This document shows, piece after piece, positions 38,688 through 49,991 of a stretch of DNA of 64,000 bases (position 1 is the first letter of the stretch; every line of letters begins with the position of its first letter). The DNA is from Podospora anserina (taxonomy: Eukaryota): assembly GCA_017654855.1 (NCBI GenBank), contig CM030333.1, positions 5,084,001 through 5,148,000 on the forward strand, read 5' to 3'. The notes beneath the pieces are model-generated. The model was not told the DNA's origin, ran no database searches, and worked only from the letters and a program-made list of their open reading frames with translations. Made by a program: the position numbers and the translations under genes.

Positions 38688-38888
38688 TTAGCCTACCAGC
38701 GCGATGTGTCGTTCCGAGTGGGCCATCGCCCACTCTGTCCATGGTGCCGGCACGACGTCTCCTTCGACGCCGGGACACCCGTCGACATCCTGGCCGTTGC
38801 AACTTGGCTAACGGAGGCAGTGGGCTGTCATGGCGAACCGATTCGGAAGGGAAACCTGGGGGAGCGAGCCAGGTGAACTGGTATAAGA
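38688..38888 (+). promoter_or_regulatory. GH6 promoter: GGCTAA (XlnR/Xlr1-type) sites at 38688 (reverse) and 38806, CTGGGG CreA-type site near 38856, TATA-like element near 38882
   Basis: Short consensus matches upstream of a cellulase; chance matches are possible. Confidence 0.4.
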
Positions 38889-38997
38889 GGCATCCGACGA
38901 CGACCTCGAGATGGGAGAGTCTTTCTTGCTTCTTCAGCCAGCCTCTCCAGCTCTGTCTCCCACTCCATCCAGCCTTCTTCTTGGACCTACCATCACC

Positions 38998-40229
38998 ATG
39001 CGTGCCGACGTCTTGATTGCCGCTCTGGCCACCGGCGCCCTCGTGGCTGCCGTCCCTACCTCCCCCAAGAAGCCCACCCCTCCCAAGGGCGACGTCTCCA
39101 ACCCCTTCGTTGGCAAGACCCAGTTCGTCAACCCCGAGTGGTCCAACAAGCTCACTCAGACCTACAAGAGCTTCCTCAAGAAGGGCGATGTCAAGAACGC
39201 TTTCCGCACCCTTCAGGCCCAGAAGGTCAGCACCTTCGTCTGGGTCTCCCGTCTCTCTGAGCTCTCCCGAATCGACGAGGCCATCGCCACCGCCCGCCGT
39301 GTCCAGAAGACGACCGGCAAGAAGCAGATCGTCGGTCTCGTCCTTTACAACCTCCCCGACAGAGATTGCTCCGCTGGCGAGTCCGCCGGTGAGCTCCTGA
39401 GCGGCGAGAACGGCTTTGAGCGCTACAAGGAGGAGTTCGTCAAGCCCTACGCCCAAAAGGTCGCCGCCGCCAAGGACCTCGAGTTCGCCATTGTCCTCGA
39501 GCCCGATTCGCTCGGAAACCTGGTCACCAACCTCAACATCCCCCTCTGCGCCGGTGCCGTTGACACCTACCGTGATGGCATCGCCCATGCCATCACCCAG
39601 CTCCAGCAGGACCACGTCCACCTCTACATTGACGCTGCCCACGGTGGCTGGCTCGGGTGGAACGACAACCTTCCCCTCGCTGCCGATGAGTTCGCCGAGG
39701 TCTTGAAGAGAGCCGACGAGGCTTCCGGCAAGAAGAACAAGATTCGTGGTTTCGCCACCAACGTCTCCAACTACAACCCCCTTCACGCCGTCGTCCGTGA
39801 GAACTACACCGAGTGGAGCAACAGCTGGGATGAGAGCCACTATGCCTCCAGCCTGGCCCCCCATCTCGAGGAGCGCGGCCTTCCTGCTCACTTCATTGTT
39901 GACCAGGGCCGTGTCGCCAACCCCGGTGCCCGCAAGGAGTGGTATGTTTCCCCTGGCATTTCTTTCGATGGACCTCAAGCTAACATTTTACGTGTAATAG
40001 GGGTGAGTGGTGCAACGTTGCCCCCTCCGGATTCGGACCCGCTCCCTCCACCAACACCAACAACACCGTCGTTGACGCCATTGTCTGGATCAAGCCCGGC
40101 GGTGAGTCTGATGGCGAGTGCGGCTACTTCAACGCTCCCCGCGCCGGCCATTGGCACGACGAGTTTGCCCAGCAGCTCGTCCAGAACGCCCATCCTTCCG
40201 TTTATGAGAACTGGTGGAAGTTCTGGTAA
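38998..40229 (+). CDS. Secreted glycoside hydrolase family 6 cellulase, no CBM
   Basis: Signal peptide; YNLPDRDCSA, LEPDSLGN, YIDAAHGGWLGW, ATNVSNYN, FIVDQGR; intron 39942..40000; then WCNV...WIKPGGESDG. Confidence 0.95.
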
Positions 40230-40982
40230 ATACAAAAAGTATTTATCAACTAGGTGGATGGAGCAGGGTGTTTTAGAATTCTTGTACATACTTAATTATT
40301 TGCCTTGTCTATACAAACCATGGTTAATCACAAGACCTTTTGTCAATTACTTCGGCTCCCTTTTGCTTTTTGTTTCATGGTGATCTAGTCTCTGGACATC
40401 CGAAGCGTGGTTATGGCTTGCTTTCAGCGTCTTGGCAGGGGTAGGTTCCCAAGCAAAGACATTGGATGTTTTCTCCATTCTGATTGTAGTTGTTGAAATG
40501 TCCTCCTCTTCAGCCTCATGCCCAATGCTTTACCCGCAATTGGTATAGTGTGGATTTCATGACACTGTTGACATACCCAGAACAGAAACAGTTCAAGTTT
40601 CTGTCCTTGCGGTCAACAACTCCAGTCCTAATTCCCGGGGAATTACGCAGACCTCAAACTTCGAAACGGACTGGAAACTTTGATGGCGTTTTAAGGTTGA
40701 GCGCCTTGTGGAATTCTCTCGCTGGTGGCTGCAGTCAGGGCGTCATCCTCTCCAGCTTCGGAACCGGTGGGCAAGCCCCCCTATATACACAAACCCGCCA
40801 GCCTTGCGCTGTGCTCCTTGTTTTCCCCCCCTTTGCGCTCGCCAACCATTCAGTCGCACCCATGTCTCTCATTTAAACCACTTTGTCCTGGGTGACCCGA
40901 CACTCTTTTGTCAAATCCAAAACACAGCGGCCACCACCATTCTGCATCGTTCTTTGTCTGCAGACCACACGAACATAAGGCG

Positions 40983-42663
40983 ATGAAGCGAAGTATTGCC
41001 TGCCAGTGTCTGTTGGCAACAGGTCTGGTCATTGGAGAGGAAGTCTACCCGGGCCCACATAACCACCCACGTCGATGACCTCCCGGAGCATCTCAAGCCC
41101 GGGGTCGCCCAGCCCAAACCCAAACTTGGCTGCAGCGACGTGTTGACAATCTACCATTTCAACGATGTGTACCACTCGCTAAACCGGGAGCATGTCGCTC
41201 GCTTTGCCACCATGCTCGAGTCGGCCAAAAACGGGGGGAACCCCTTGAAGGTTGAACTCCGGGGCAATCCTAAAAACTCCTCCACCCCGATTGTGGTTCT
41301 CAGCAGTGGCGTCTTTGCCCCAGCTACCCCGAACGGGCAAGCCACTACAAATGCGGAGGGGATCATAACTGTTTTATCACAGCTGCCCATTGATGTAGTG
41401 TGCTGCATCTCTGGCATGTTCCCAACTCCCGTTGTCATTTCTGTGTGCCGTGTACTGACTGATATTAGATACCCCCAGCAGCTCCCCCAGAGAGCCTACC
41501 TTTCCCTCGTTCGGGCTGGCTTCTGCCTCTCCCAAACATCGCTCCTCAGAAGCACAGTCCTCCGCATTTTGCTTTCAAGACGCCGGTGTCTCCGCCCCCA
41601 AGACCAATCTCGTCGTGTCCCCCGCCGCCGCGCTGGTACCTCCTTCAGCCCAGCGCGTTTTTGATATCCGGCAGCAGGGAAAGTACAAGATTGGCTTCTT
41701 TGGCATGGTTAGCATGGACTGGGATGTCCACTCCACCAATGTGTTGGATGATCTACCTAAGGAGCACAAGGAGTTTCTTGTGAGTGAAGCGAAATCCAGC
41801 GCAAAGGTGCTGAGGACAGAGTACAGGGTTGATCTTGTGGTTGCCGTGACGAATATGAGACTGGCGGAGGACCTCCTTCTCAGTGGTGCGACGCAGGAAA
41901 AGGGGCTCGAGAGGGTGGATTTTATCTTTGGAGGTTATGACCGTGAGGCCGTGGGGACTTTTTACCCTGAGCTTGTGATGCAGTCCCAGCACAGCGAGGG
42001 GGAAAGCAAGGGTAAGGTGGGCAGTGGTCGATACGAGGTCACCAGTCCAGAGATCAGGGTCGTCAAAAGCGGCGCGGCGTGGGAAGGGTTGAGTGTGGTG
42101 GAGATGTGCGTCAAAAAGGAGGGCGAGGACTTGCCGGAGCTGGACAGTGTCAAAGGTAGGCCGCTTTCTTCAGATAGGAGGCTTGAGGGTGAATGCCTCA
42201 CTGGCGAGGCCCGAAGGGGACAGAATTGTCTCTGCGAAATGGGTTCTCCCAAGAGCAGGTCAATGGCACGCGGATTGAAGAGCATATTCGTGATGAGAAA
42301 AATTACACCGTTGCCATGACTGAGTGGTTGGCCAGCGGCTGGGGAGGTTTCTCTATGCTCCGCAAGGGACAATTGTTGCGAGAGGGTGAAGCGCAAGGCA
42401 TGACCGACACCGACCTCTTTTTCAAGGCTTTTGGGGAGTGGTCAGACATCGACAACGCGTTTATTTCCATGGCCACCGGGAACAGAAAGAAGAAGCAGGC
42501 CCCGGTGGCTGTGAAAAAGTACCTGAACAATCCGTATCTGAGCAGTCGGAACTCCGGTCTTTGGGCCGTCAGGTATAAGATGGTGCTTGGCAAAGACGAT
42601 GAAAAGGGGGTCCCCATTGTCTCACCAAAGTTGATGGAAGAATCCATTTCCACAAAGACCTGA
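40983..42663 (+). pseudogene. Degenerate 5'-nucleotidase/metallophosphoesterase-like gene (pseudoenzyme or pseudogene)
   Basis: LTIYHFNDVYH, KIGFFGMVSMDW, VDLVVAVTNMR, VDFIFGGYD, VVKSG, YTVAMTEWLASGWGGF; GC-AG intron 41414..41468 and an intron ~42156..42223 restore the frame; the signal-peptide-like start at 40983 is out of frame with the rest. Confidence 0.6.
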
Positions 42664-43033
42664 AAATCTCGAGAAATTCGCACAGAGAGGGGGTCCTAGA
42701 TAGATAGGCGGGTCGGCACAACCCTAGAGCTTTATAGACTGAATATAAGCGAACCAGATTGCCTAGCTCGTAGCTTGATGATGGACAAGCCCGAGCAATG
42801 TTGTTGTACTGAACAGACACTGTCCTGTCCCTGCGCCTCAGCTATGCCCGGATTGTCAGCTTCCTGGTCCTCGAGATTCCCAGGCAGGTATTTGCTCGTG
42901 TGTGATGCAATTGCCGTCTATGATTTCCCAGCCTAGACCACCATGCTTCACCTTCTTATTCTGTATGTACACTGCAAGCCCGTCTTGTGATTCCTGTGCT
43001 CGCCAGTTCGTTTCCCCGCCGTCTTCCACCGCT

Positions 43034-43453
43034 CTAGTTACTCCGCGCACCTCCCTTGGCCTCTCTGAGCTCGTCCATCTTGGCCACCCGCTTCTTGAAC
43101 TCGACGTACTGGCACTTTTCGTAGCTGTGTCTCTCGTCCTGTGGTGTGGTCAGTATTGTCAGCTACCCCGCGATGAGAGCGGTTCGGGGGCCAGTCGGTT
43201 GACAGGGACGCTGGGGTGGAATCCGTACGTTGCACTTCCAGGGAAGGTAGTATGTGTCCTGACGACAGCGGTTGAGGGGGATCAAGAGGTGGCCGCAGCT
43301 GTCGCGGTACGCCATGGGGAGTTTGGCATCACGCATCTCCTCGCGGGTCGCCTCTGTGTGCTCGTGACGTTAGCCAATATGACGGAGATAATAGGTTGCG
43401 AATGGGGGAAGCAACATACGCCGCGGGATCTCGGAAGCCGTGCCTGTCGCCAT
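43034..43453 (-). CDS. NDUFB7: NADH:ubiquinone oxidoreductase B18 subunit (NDUFB7)
   Basis: Three exons: MATGTASEIPR-RATREEMRDAKLPMAYRDSCGHLLIPLNRCRQDTYYLPWKC-NDERHSYEKCQYVEFKKRVAKMDELREAKGGARSN*; twin CX9C pattern. Confidence 0.95.
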
Positions 43454-44265
43454 TTTTGCTGCAATTGAGGCGGGCTAGCGTCGACAATTGCGAGGGGGGT
43501 TCGAGGTGGTGATGCTTGCGATTCTGTTCTCGGAGCTCTGGCTACTGTCGCTGAGAAGCCAGTGGAGCTCCCACCTTGAGCTGGTCAGTGCTGACTGCCA
43601 CTGTAAGTCTGAGCAACGGTCAAGGCACGTGTGGAATCACGTGAAGCCTATGGGTCGTTTTTTGTGCACGGGCTATTTCCCAGCTGTTGTTCCAACCACC
43701 AAGTAACACTAGCCGACCAAGTCTTGTCTCCGGCTCGTCATCTACAAGACGAGGCCATCCAGCTCGGACATGGGCGGGTGCAACACAACTCGCCGAGCTC
43801 ACTTAGCCGGAACTCACTCACGGTCACCATCCCTTATTTCCAACCATACTGTTTGGTTTGAGTCGCTACCATGATTTCAACTCTGCACACAACGCCCATG
43901 GCTATGCTCTTTCGGTTATTTTTGCATTTTCCAGAAAACCAAGATGCTCTCGGCCCTGACTACAAATGATCTGCTGATCAGCCTCACTTTATCTCGCATG
44001 CTGAGGCACCTCTGGGCTACCTCTCAGTTCCTGAACCGACCCTGTGAGTCTGCCTGTATTGACGGGTTGCTTGAAGCCGGTGGTGTAACTCCAGATAGAT
44101 AGACTGCAGCATGGAGGTATGGGTGTGTTTCGTTGCAATGCTACCTACCTACATGCTGTTCTGTCAAGTGGCTCAAATATACACATCAGCAATGCCCCGA
44201 ATCTTTTGACTCTCTCTCTCTCTCTTCATGTCCAGTCTTTTCACCTTTTGCACTTGGGCTTCAAA

Positions 44266-46230
44266 ATGAAGCCGTCTGTCCTTATTTTGACCTTCCTAGG
44301 GCGTGTCGGTGCGTTACTGCCCTTGCCTCCAGCCCCCCAGCCCAACATCGCAACACTCAGCCTAGACACCTTGATGGGCAGTGAAAGCAGGTTCAGCCAA
44401 TTGATTGACCACTCTAACCCATCTTTGGGGACGTTCAGTCAGAGATACTGGTGGGATACCACCTACTGGGATGGCCCGGGCTCTCCTGTATTTCCTACGC
44501 CTTTCTTGTCGCCCGAGGTCAATCACTAAAGTCACGTACAGGTGGTGGTATTTTCTCCAGGAGAGGCCAGCGCCGAATATTACAGCGGTTTCTTGACAAA
44601 CCAGACCATAGTTGGTCTCTATGCCCAGGCCATTGGAGCTGCAATCCTCCTGATTGAACGTAAATTTTCAACCCTCCCCTCAGGCACGAGATGGGTCGCC
44701 GGCTAAAATGACACAAAAGACCGCTACTGGGGCGATTCCTCTCCCTTCTCCCACCTCTCCACGGTCAACCTGACGTACCTGACCCTCAACGATTCTGTCG
44801 CTGATTTTGCTCATTTTGCCCGCCAAGTTCAACTTCCGTTTGATGAATCCGGTCGGTCCAACGCCCCCAAGGCTCCATGGATTTTTGTAGGAGGCTCCTA
44901 CTCTGGCAATCTCGCCGCCTGGCTCGACCACCTGTCTCCCGGGACCTTTTGGGCCTACCATGCGAGCTCGGCACCCGTTCAAGCCATCCGACACTTCTGG
45001 GAATACTTCACACCTATCTGGGAGGGCATGCCGCGGAACTGTAGCAAAGATTTTGAGAAGATCACGGCTCATATCGACCAGGTTTTGGAACATGGCAGTG
45101 AGGAAGAGGTGAAAAGTCTGAAAGAAGGCTTTGGACTGGGGGACATCAAGGAGAAAGGGGATTTTGCGTCGTACGTCTCAGCTCATGGAGAAATCAGGAG
45201 ACCTTGTGGCGCCTAACAAAGACAACCAGAGCGGTTGGGTTTGCGTTGGCAGAGTGGCAGTACATTTGTAGGTGTTCCGCCATTGCGCTTGCTTGTGCCT
45301 ACCTCACCTGGCCTCACTGACAATGGAACCCTAACAAAGCCATCACCTCCAGCTACCACCGTTTCTACCAAATGTGCGACACCATTCAGGGGGTTCGTCC
45401 CGTAGATCTTGACGGATGGGGCACTGAGCTGTGGTTCCCAAGCGGAGTTCCTACCTCCTCGCCGGCAAGCAACGGTGTTGGGCTGCAAAAAGCTCTGATC
45501 AACTACTCTGCCTGGTTCAAGCACGAATTCCTACCCGATGCCTGCAGCAACTATGGCTATGAAGATTGGGCCCAGGTCAACTCGACTGGCTGCTACGACA
45601 GCTACAACGTGACCAGTCCGTTCTACACCGACTACTCGGTCAGCAACACCTTCAACAGGCAGTGGTTCTGGATGCTTTGCAATGAGCCCTTCTTTTACTG
45701 GCAGACAGGCGCACCAGCAGGGCAACCATCCATCATGTCCCGCCACGTTAGTCCCGAGTACTTTGAGCGTCAGTGCCGCCTGATGTTTCCAGACCAGGGG
45801 GACGCCAGGTCGGGTCTCTCACTGGGCAAGACAGAGGCCGACGTCAACCAACTGACCAGCGGCTGGTTCGTGAAAACAACTCGGTTAATATGGACGAACG
45901 GGTACGTCTTCCACAGAGTCAACTTCTTTCTCCTTGTTTTGCTAACGCAGCGACAGAGAATTCGACCCCTGGCGTTCTGGATCTGTCTCGAGCAAATCCC
46001 GCCCTGGACGACCTCTGGAAAGTACGCCTGACGCGCCAGTGCATCTCATCCCCGGAGGCAGGCACTGCAACGATCTAGACACCAGAAGTGGAGAGCGTAA
46101 CCAAGGGTTGCAGCGGGTGCAGCTAGAGTCAATCGCCAGGATGGTTGACTGGGTGAACGAGTTCTATGACGGGAAGGAGGGGAGAACCAGGGGCAACGGA
46201 GCCACACACATCCTCGGACGTGCTGTGTGA
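44266..46230 (+). CDS. Secreted serine peptidase family S28
   Basis: Signal peptide; FSQLIDH..GTFSQRYW, EHRYWGDS, nucleophile GGSYSG, WMLCNE, NGEFDPW, HCNDL; about five introns. Confidence 0.92.
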
Positions 46231-49200
46231 AAGACCGAGAGGCTCCGTGATTCCCGGCTCGATCAACCATGACGTTTGCGAACTGTTAGCAAGTGACTTC
46301 GAGTTGCCCTTCCAGACAGCCGAACCAGCGATGTCTAGAAAATAGCCATCCATCCGGTCACACTCCGTCCTTGTGCATCGTGAGTGCCTCATCTACATTG
46401 ATGAAGAGGGGTGACAGCCCAAAAATAAAGGGCGCCATGTCCCTGCTCTCCAAGGAACCCAAACGGAACCGATGAAGAGATATAAAATAGACATCATGTC
46501 CCAATCATGCTCGACTTTGGAAAGGATTGTGATCAGTGTTATTCTGGGCCAGAGACGGATGAAGGCAGCACAGAGCCCTGGCGCCAACAGCTAACGTCTG
46601 ACCCCATCCAAAACTCCATCACAATTCATTGACGGTAGGATTGCGAACGAAACATTCGTCGAGGATGATGCACAGTTGTGGTTCAGCCTGAGCCGCGGTG
46701 CCACGAGTCCGAGCTGTAGAAGATGTTGGTTACCTCCCCGTAGGTACTCCACGGGCCCCGAACGGACGGGATTTAAGGGGCCGATTCCGGTGCTGCGAGT
46801 TTTGAGCTGCCGTACTAAGGACGGTCTTTCTGAGCTGCTGGAATCTTGTTGAGAAAGAGACAAACAACCAGTTTCGAGCTTGCCTTGCCCAAAGCCTGTG
46901 ATCGCCGCGCTGGGAGCCATTTTTGGTGGTCCGGCAAGGGAATCGATGATAACCACTGACGTACGAAGTAGAGGAAAAATTCCAAATAATTATGTTCGCT
47001 TCAGGGTTATTGTAGATATGATGCAGGGCAAGATAGCGATTGTGGAGAGCCGTGGCCGATGCTGCAGCCAGGATGCTCAAGCTCGCCGGGTTGCAGCCCA
47101 AATGAGCGCTCGGTGAGAAATCGTTGTTATCTGTGTGTGTGTTCGTGGTTGTTTTCTGGTATCAGTCGGTCGGAGGGAAAACAGATCAGTCCCAGAGATG
47201 CAAGGCTTCCAATTGCTCCGAGGCCCCCCCACGGCGGTGTTTTTTTTTGGTGACGTGACACTGCTACCATTCGCTTGGTGCGTTGTTGAGCCTTATCGCC
47301 CGCGGCGTCAGACGGAACAGTTTGGCCGACAGGACGGGAGCTGGATCTCGCAGGAAGGAAGCGGCGAGAGTTGTGAGAGTCGCGATAATGCGGGTCGTGG
47401 ATTCACAATCGCTTCATTTTTTGGTTCATGATACTGGAAGGGGTTACAGACACTTTCCTAATTGAGCAAGATGCACCTTGCTGGCCAACCGGGCTTCTGT
47501 GCAGCTTCCAAGCCTTCCAGTGGCCGGATGCCCGTCCGAGGCCCATCACCGCTACATCTGCGACAGTGACGAGGTAAGTACCCCCCCCCCCCCTTCTGCC
47601 GGGCAGCCCCCGCGCATACCACAGGTCCTCCCGCAAGCCACCATGTTGCAAGCCGAGTGTTGAAGCTTTCACGGCTTGTGCCTGGGTTGCCGTTGTTGTC
47701 GTTGCCGCTCGAAAGATGATCACGGCAAGCATCGGAGCTAAACACATTTAGCGCACGATCTTTGCGGAAAAATAAACCCTGGCCTCTTGGCACCTAGTGG
47801 AGTCGCCTATCCTCACCACAGCTCTCCCTACCTTATCTCGAGATCCCAGAACCTCCTGTGCTCCTTCAACCAATGTTTTGCAAAGCGAACGGTTTTATCA
47901 CATGCCACCGATGTCGTCATATCGCCATGGTTTGGCGACCTCAGACCTGTCAGACTGTCTCCTCTTTGATGGCAACATCGAAATCTATGGCTCCCCGAAT
48001 CGGCAGGTTACCACGGACTCCACACAGACTTCGATGCTGTCTGTAGCAGTTGCAACCCGTCCCGTCAACATCAACCTCTCCGACTCCAAGTACCGTTGCC
48101 AGTCATTGGCATATCGCCGTAGTAAAAAATGTCAGCTCGCAGACGCCATTAAACCCACGTCGACGCTTCTACCTCTCATGGGACCCCGGCCCCTTGCGCT
48201 GATCACAGACGTTGCGTTAAACTGCTTACATTACTGACTACCACATCTCTGACCGCCTGCGATCCATGGAACACTTGCATAACGTCCCGAATTACACATG
48301 AATGCACTCTGCGCGTAACCCCTGTTATCCTGAGGCTGAGTTGGCTCACCACTAGACGGATTTTCTCCCGTTGCCGACTGGTACTACACGATAAAAAACA
48401 CCAACATTTTCATCATAACGCCCAAAACTAGGATAACAAGCAGGTGCCATCGAGAAGACTACAACAAATGACCAGACAAGGGAATTCATCCGAACGGAAC
48501 GATCTACAGCGCGTCGGCGTCCTCTACTACCGGTAGGGCACCAATATTCCCACGGCCTGTAAGTTTTCTCTGCATGGTGACATGCTACCACATGAGCACG
48601 CAAAGAAGCACGTCATGAACAACGATTGCTATCATCCTCGAAACTTAGTCACGGCCGTCTCCATCCGTCCGAACATGAGCCCCCCACATCGTTAAGCAAA
48701 ACGGGCAGGTTGCGAGGCAGGTTGCGATACAAGGATTGCAGGTCACTGATCAAATCCTGCGTGGTGTTTGGGGAGGATCAGAGAAGCAGTTGTGTGTGCA
48801 GCAGCGGAAAGCAGCTTTAAATGTCAAAGGAGCAAAGCTGATACATGCTCAATCCCCAAACTATCTGCCTGCCGAGGTACCTAGGTAGTCTTGTTGGTCC
48901 ATGAGACCGTGTACCCTCTTTGCCGGCTGTCACCCACACTTCGAACTTTTCCCCTTCTTTTTACTTTTTACAAATAACCCCCGTTTTGCCGGGGTGCTGG
49001 ATACTTCGACACGTTCTTCTAGAACGCCACATGCAAAGAGCGAACAATGCGTCAGCCTCGTCCCGGAATATCTCACCAGGTACCTTACCTCACACATGAA
49101 CCTTTCCAACAGGATGTGCTCTCGCACTACCCCTGCATTCCCTTCCATCGTCCATGCAGCAGAGCCGACCACAATAGGCGAAGACACATCCCACCTTTCC

Positions 49201-49991
49201 CGTTATGGATCTCGGGAGCCCCGAAGGTTGGTACAACGGGTTACACGCAGGCTCTATTTGAGGCGATCGCATACAGATAGTGCCCGGACCCAGTCCAGTT
49301 GTACCTATGTTTGTTTTGCAGACACCAGAGAAGTAGTCTACCTACGTCCAGAATACCGCAAGCCAAGCTAGGAGATAGTTATCACTGGACGACCTGACTA
49401 CTTTGGGCAAAATTCCGACCTCCCGCCCCCCTATGCATCCCACAGCCGACAAGACCACAACCTAGGCTCCCTCGATAATGCCCAGATTCTCTGCCCCCAA
49501 GGGGGGAACGGGGAAACGCCAGGATCATGGCATGGTCCGGCAAGTAGCCTGCTATTGGATCTCGGGGAAGAGGAAGTCTGAAGATGCCATTCTGGGCGCT
49601 ATGCGTCTTTGAAAGTACAAGATCCCCAGGTATAATAAGACAGAGTAGTTGCCTCCTTGCTTCTGCCTTTCTCTGAATCTCCACTTCAGATTACATGGGC
49701 AGTCATATAGGACACCGAGGTGCCTTACCCTGACCATCTCATTCTTGAAACTTCGCGGATCTGTTCGGCTCCAAGTTTCAAATACCCCGTCAACAAAGAG
49801 CAGTTTTCGGTATCAGCCCCAGGCAATCTGTTACATAGGGAGTGTAAAGCTGTATCAAGGTTCGCAAAGCATTCCAGTGTTTATTCATCTTGTCACCATC
49901 TTGAGACGCTAACTACCTTACCGTGTTGTCTGTTAGACTCTGACACGTACACACACACACACCCAACATCCACACACAAGCAACGTACAAG

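Noticed and set aside
38599-39978. 459-aa antisense ORF
   Set aside because: Shadow of the strongly codon-biased GH6 gene; no independent features.
46300-49900. Many short ORFs (e.g. 47797..48237, 48901..49371)
   Set aside because: No recognisable motifs or consistent exon structure.
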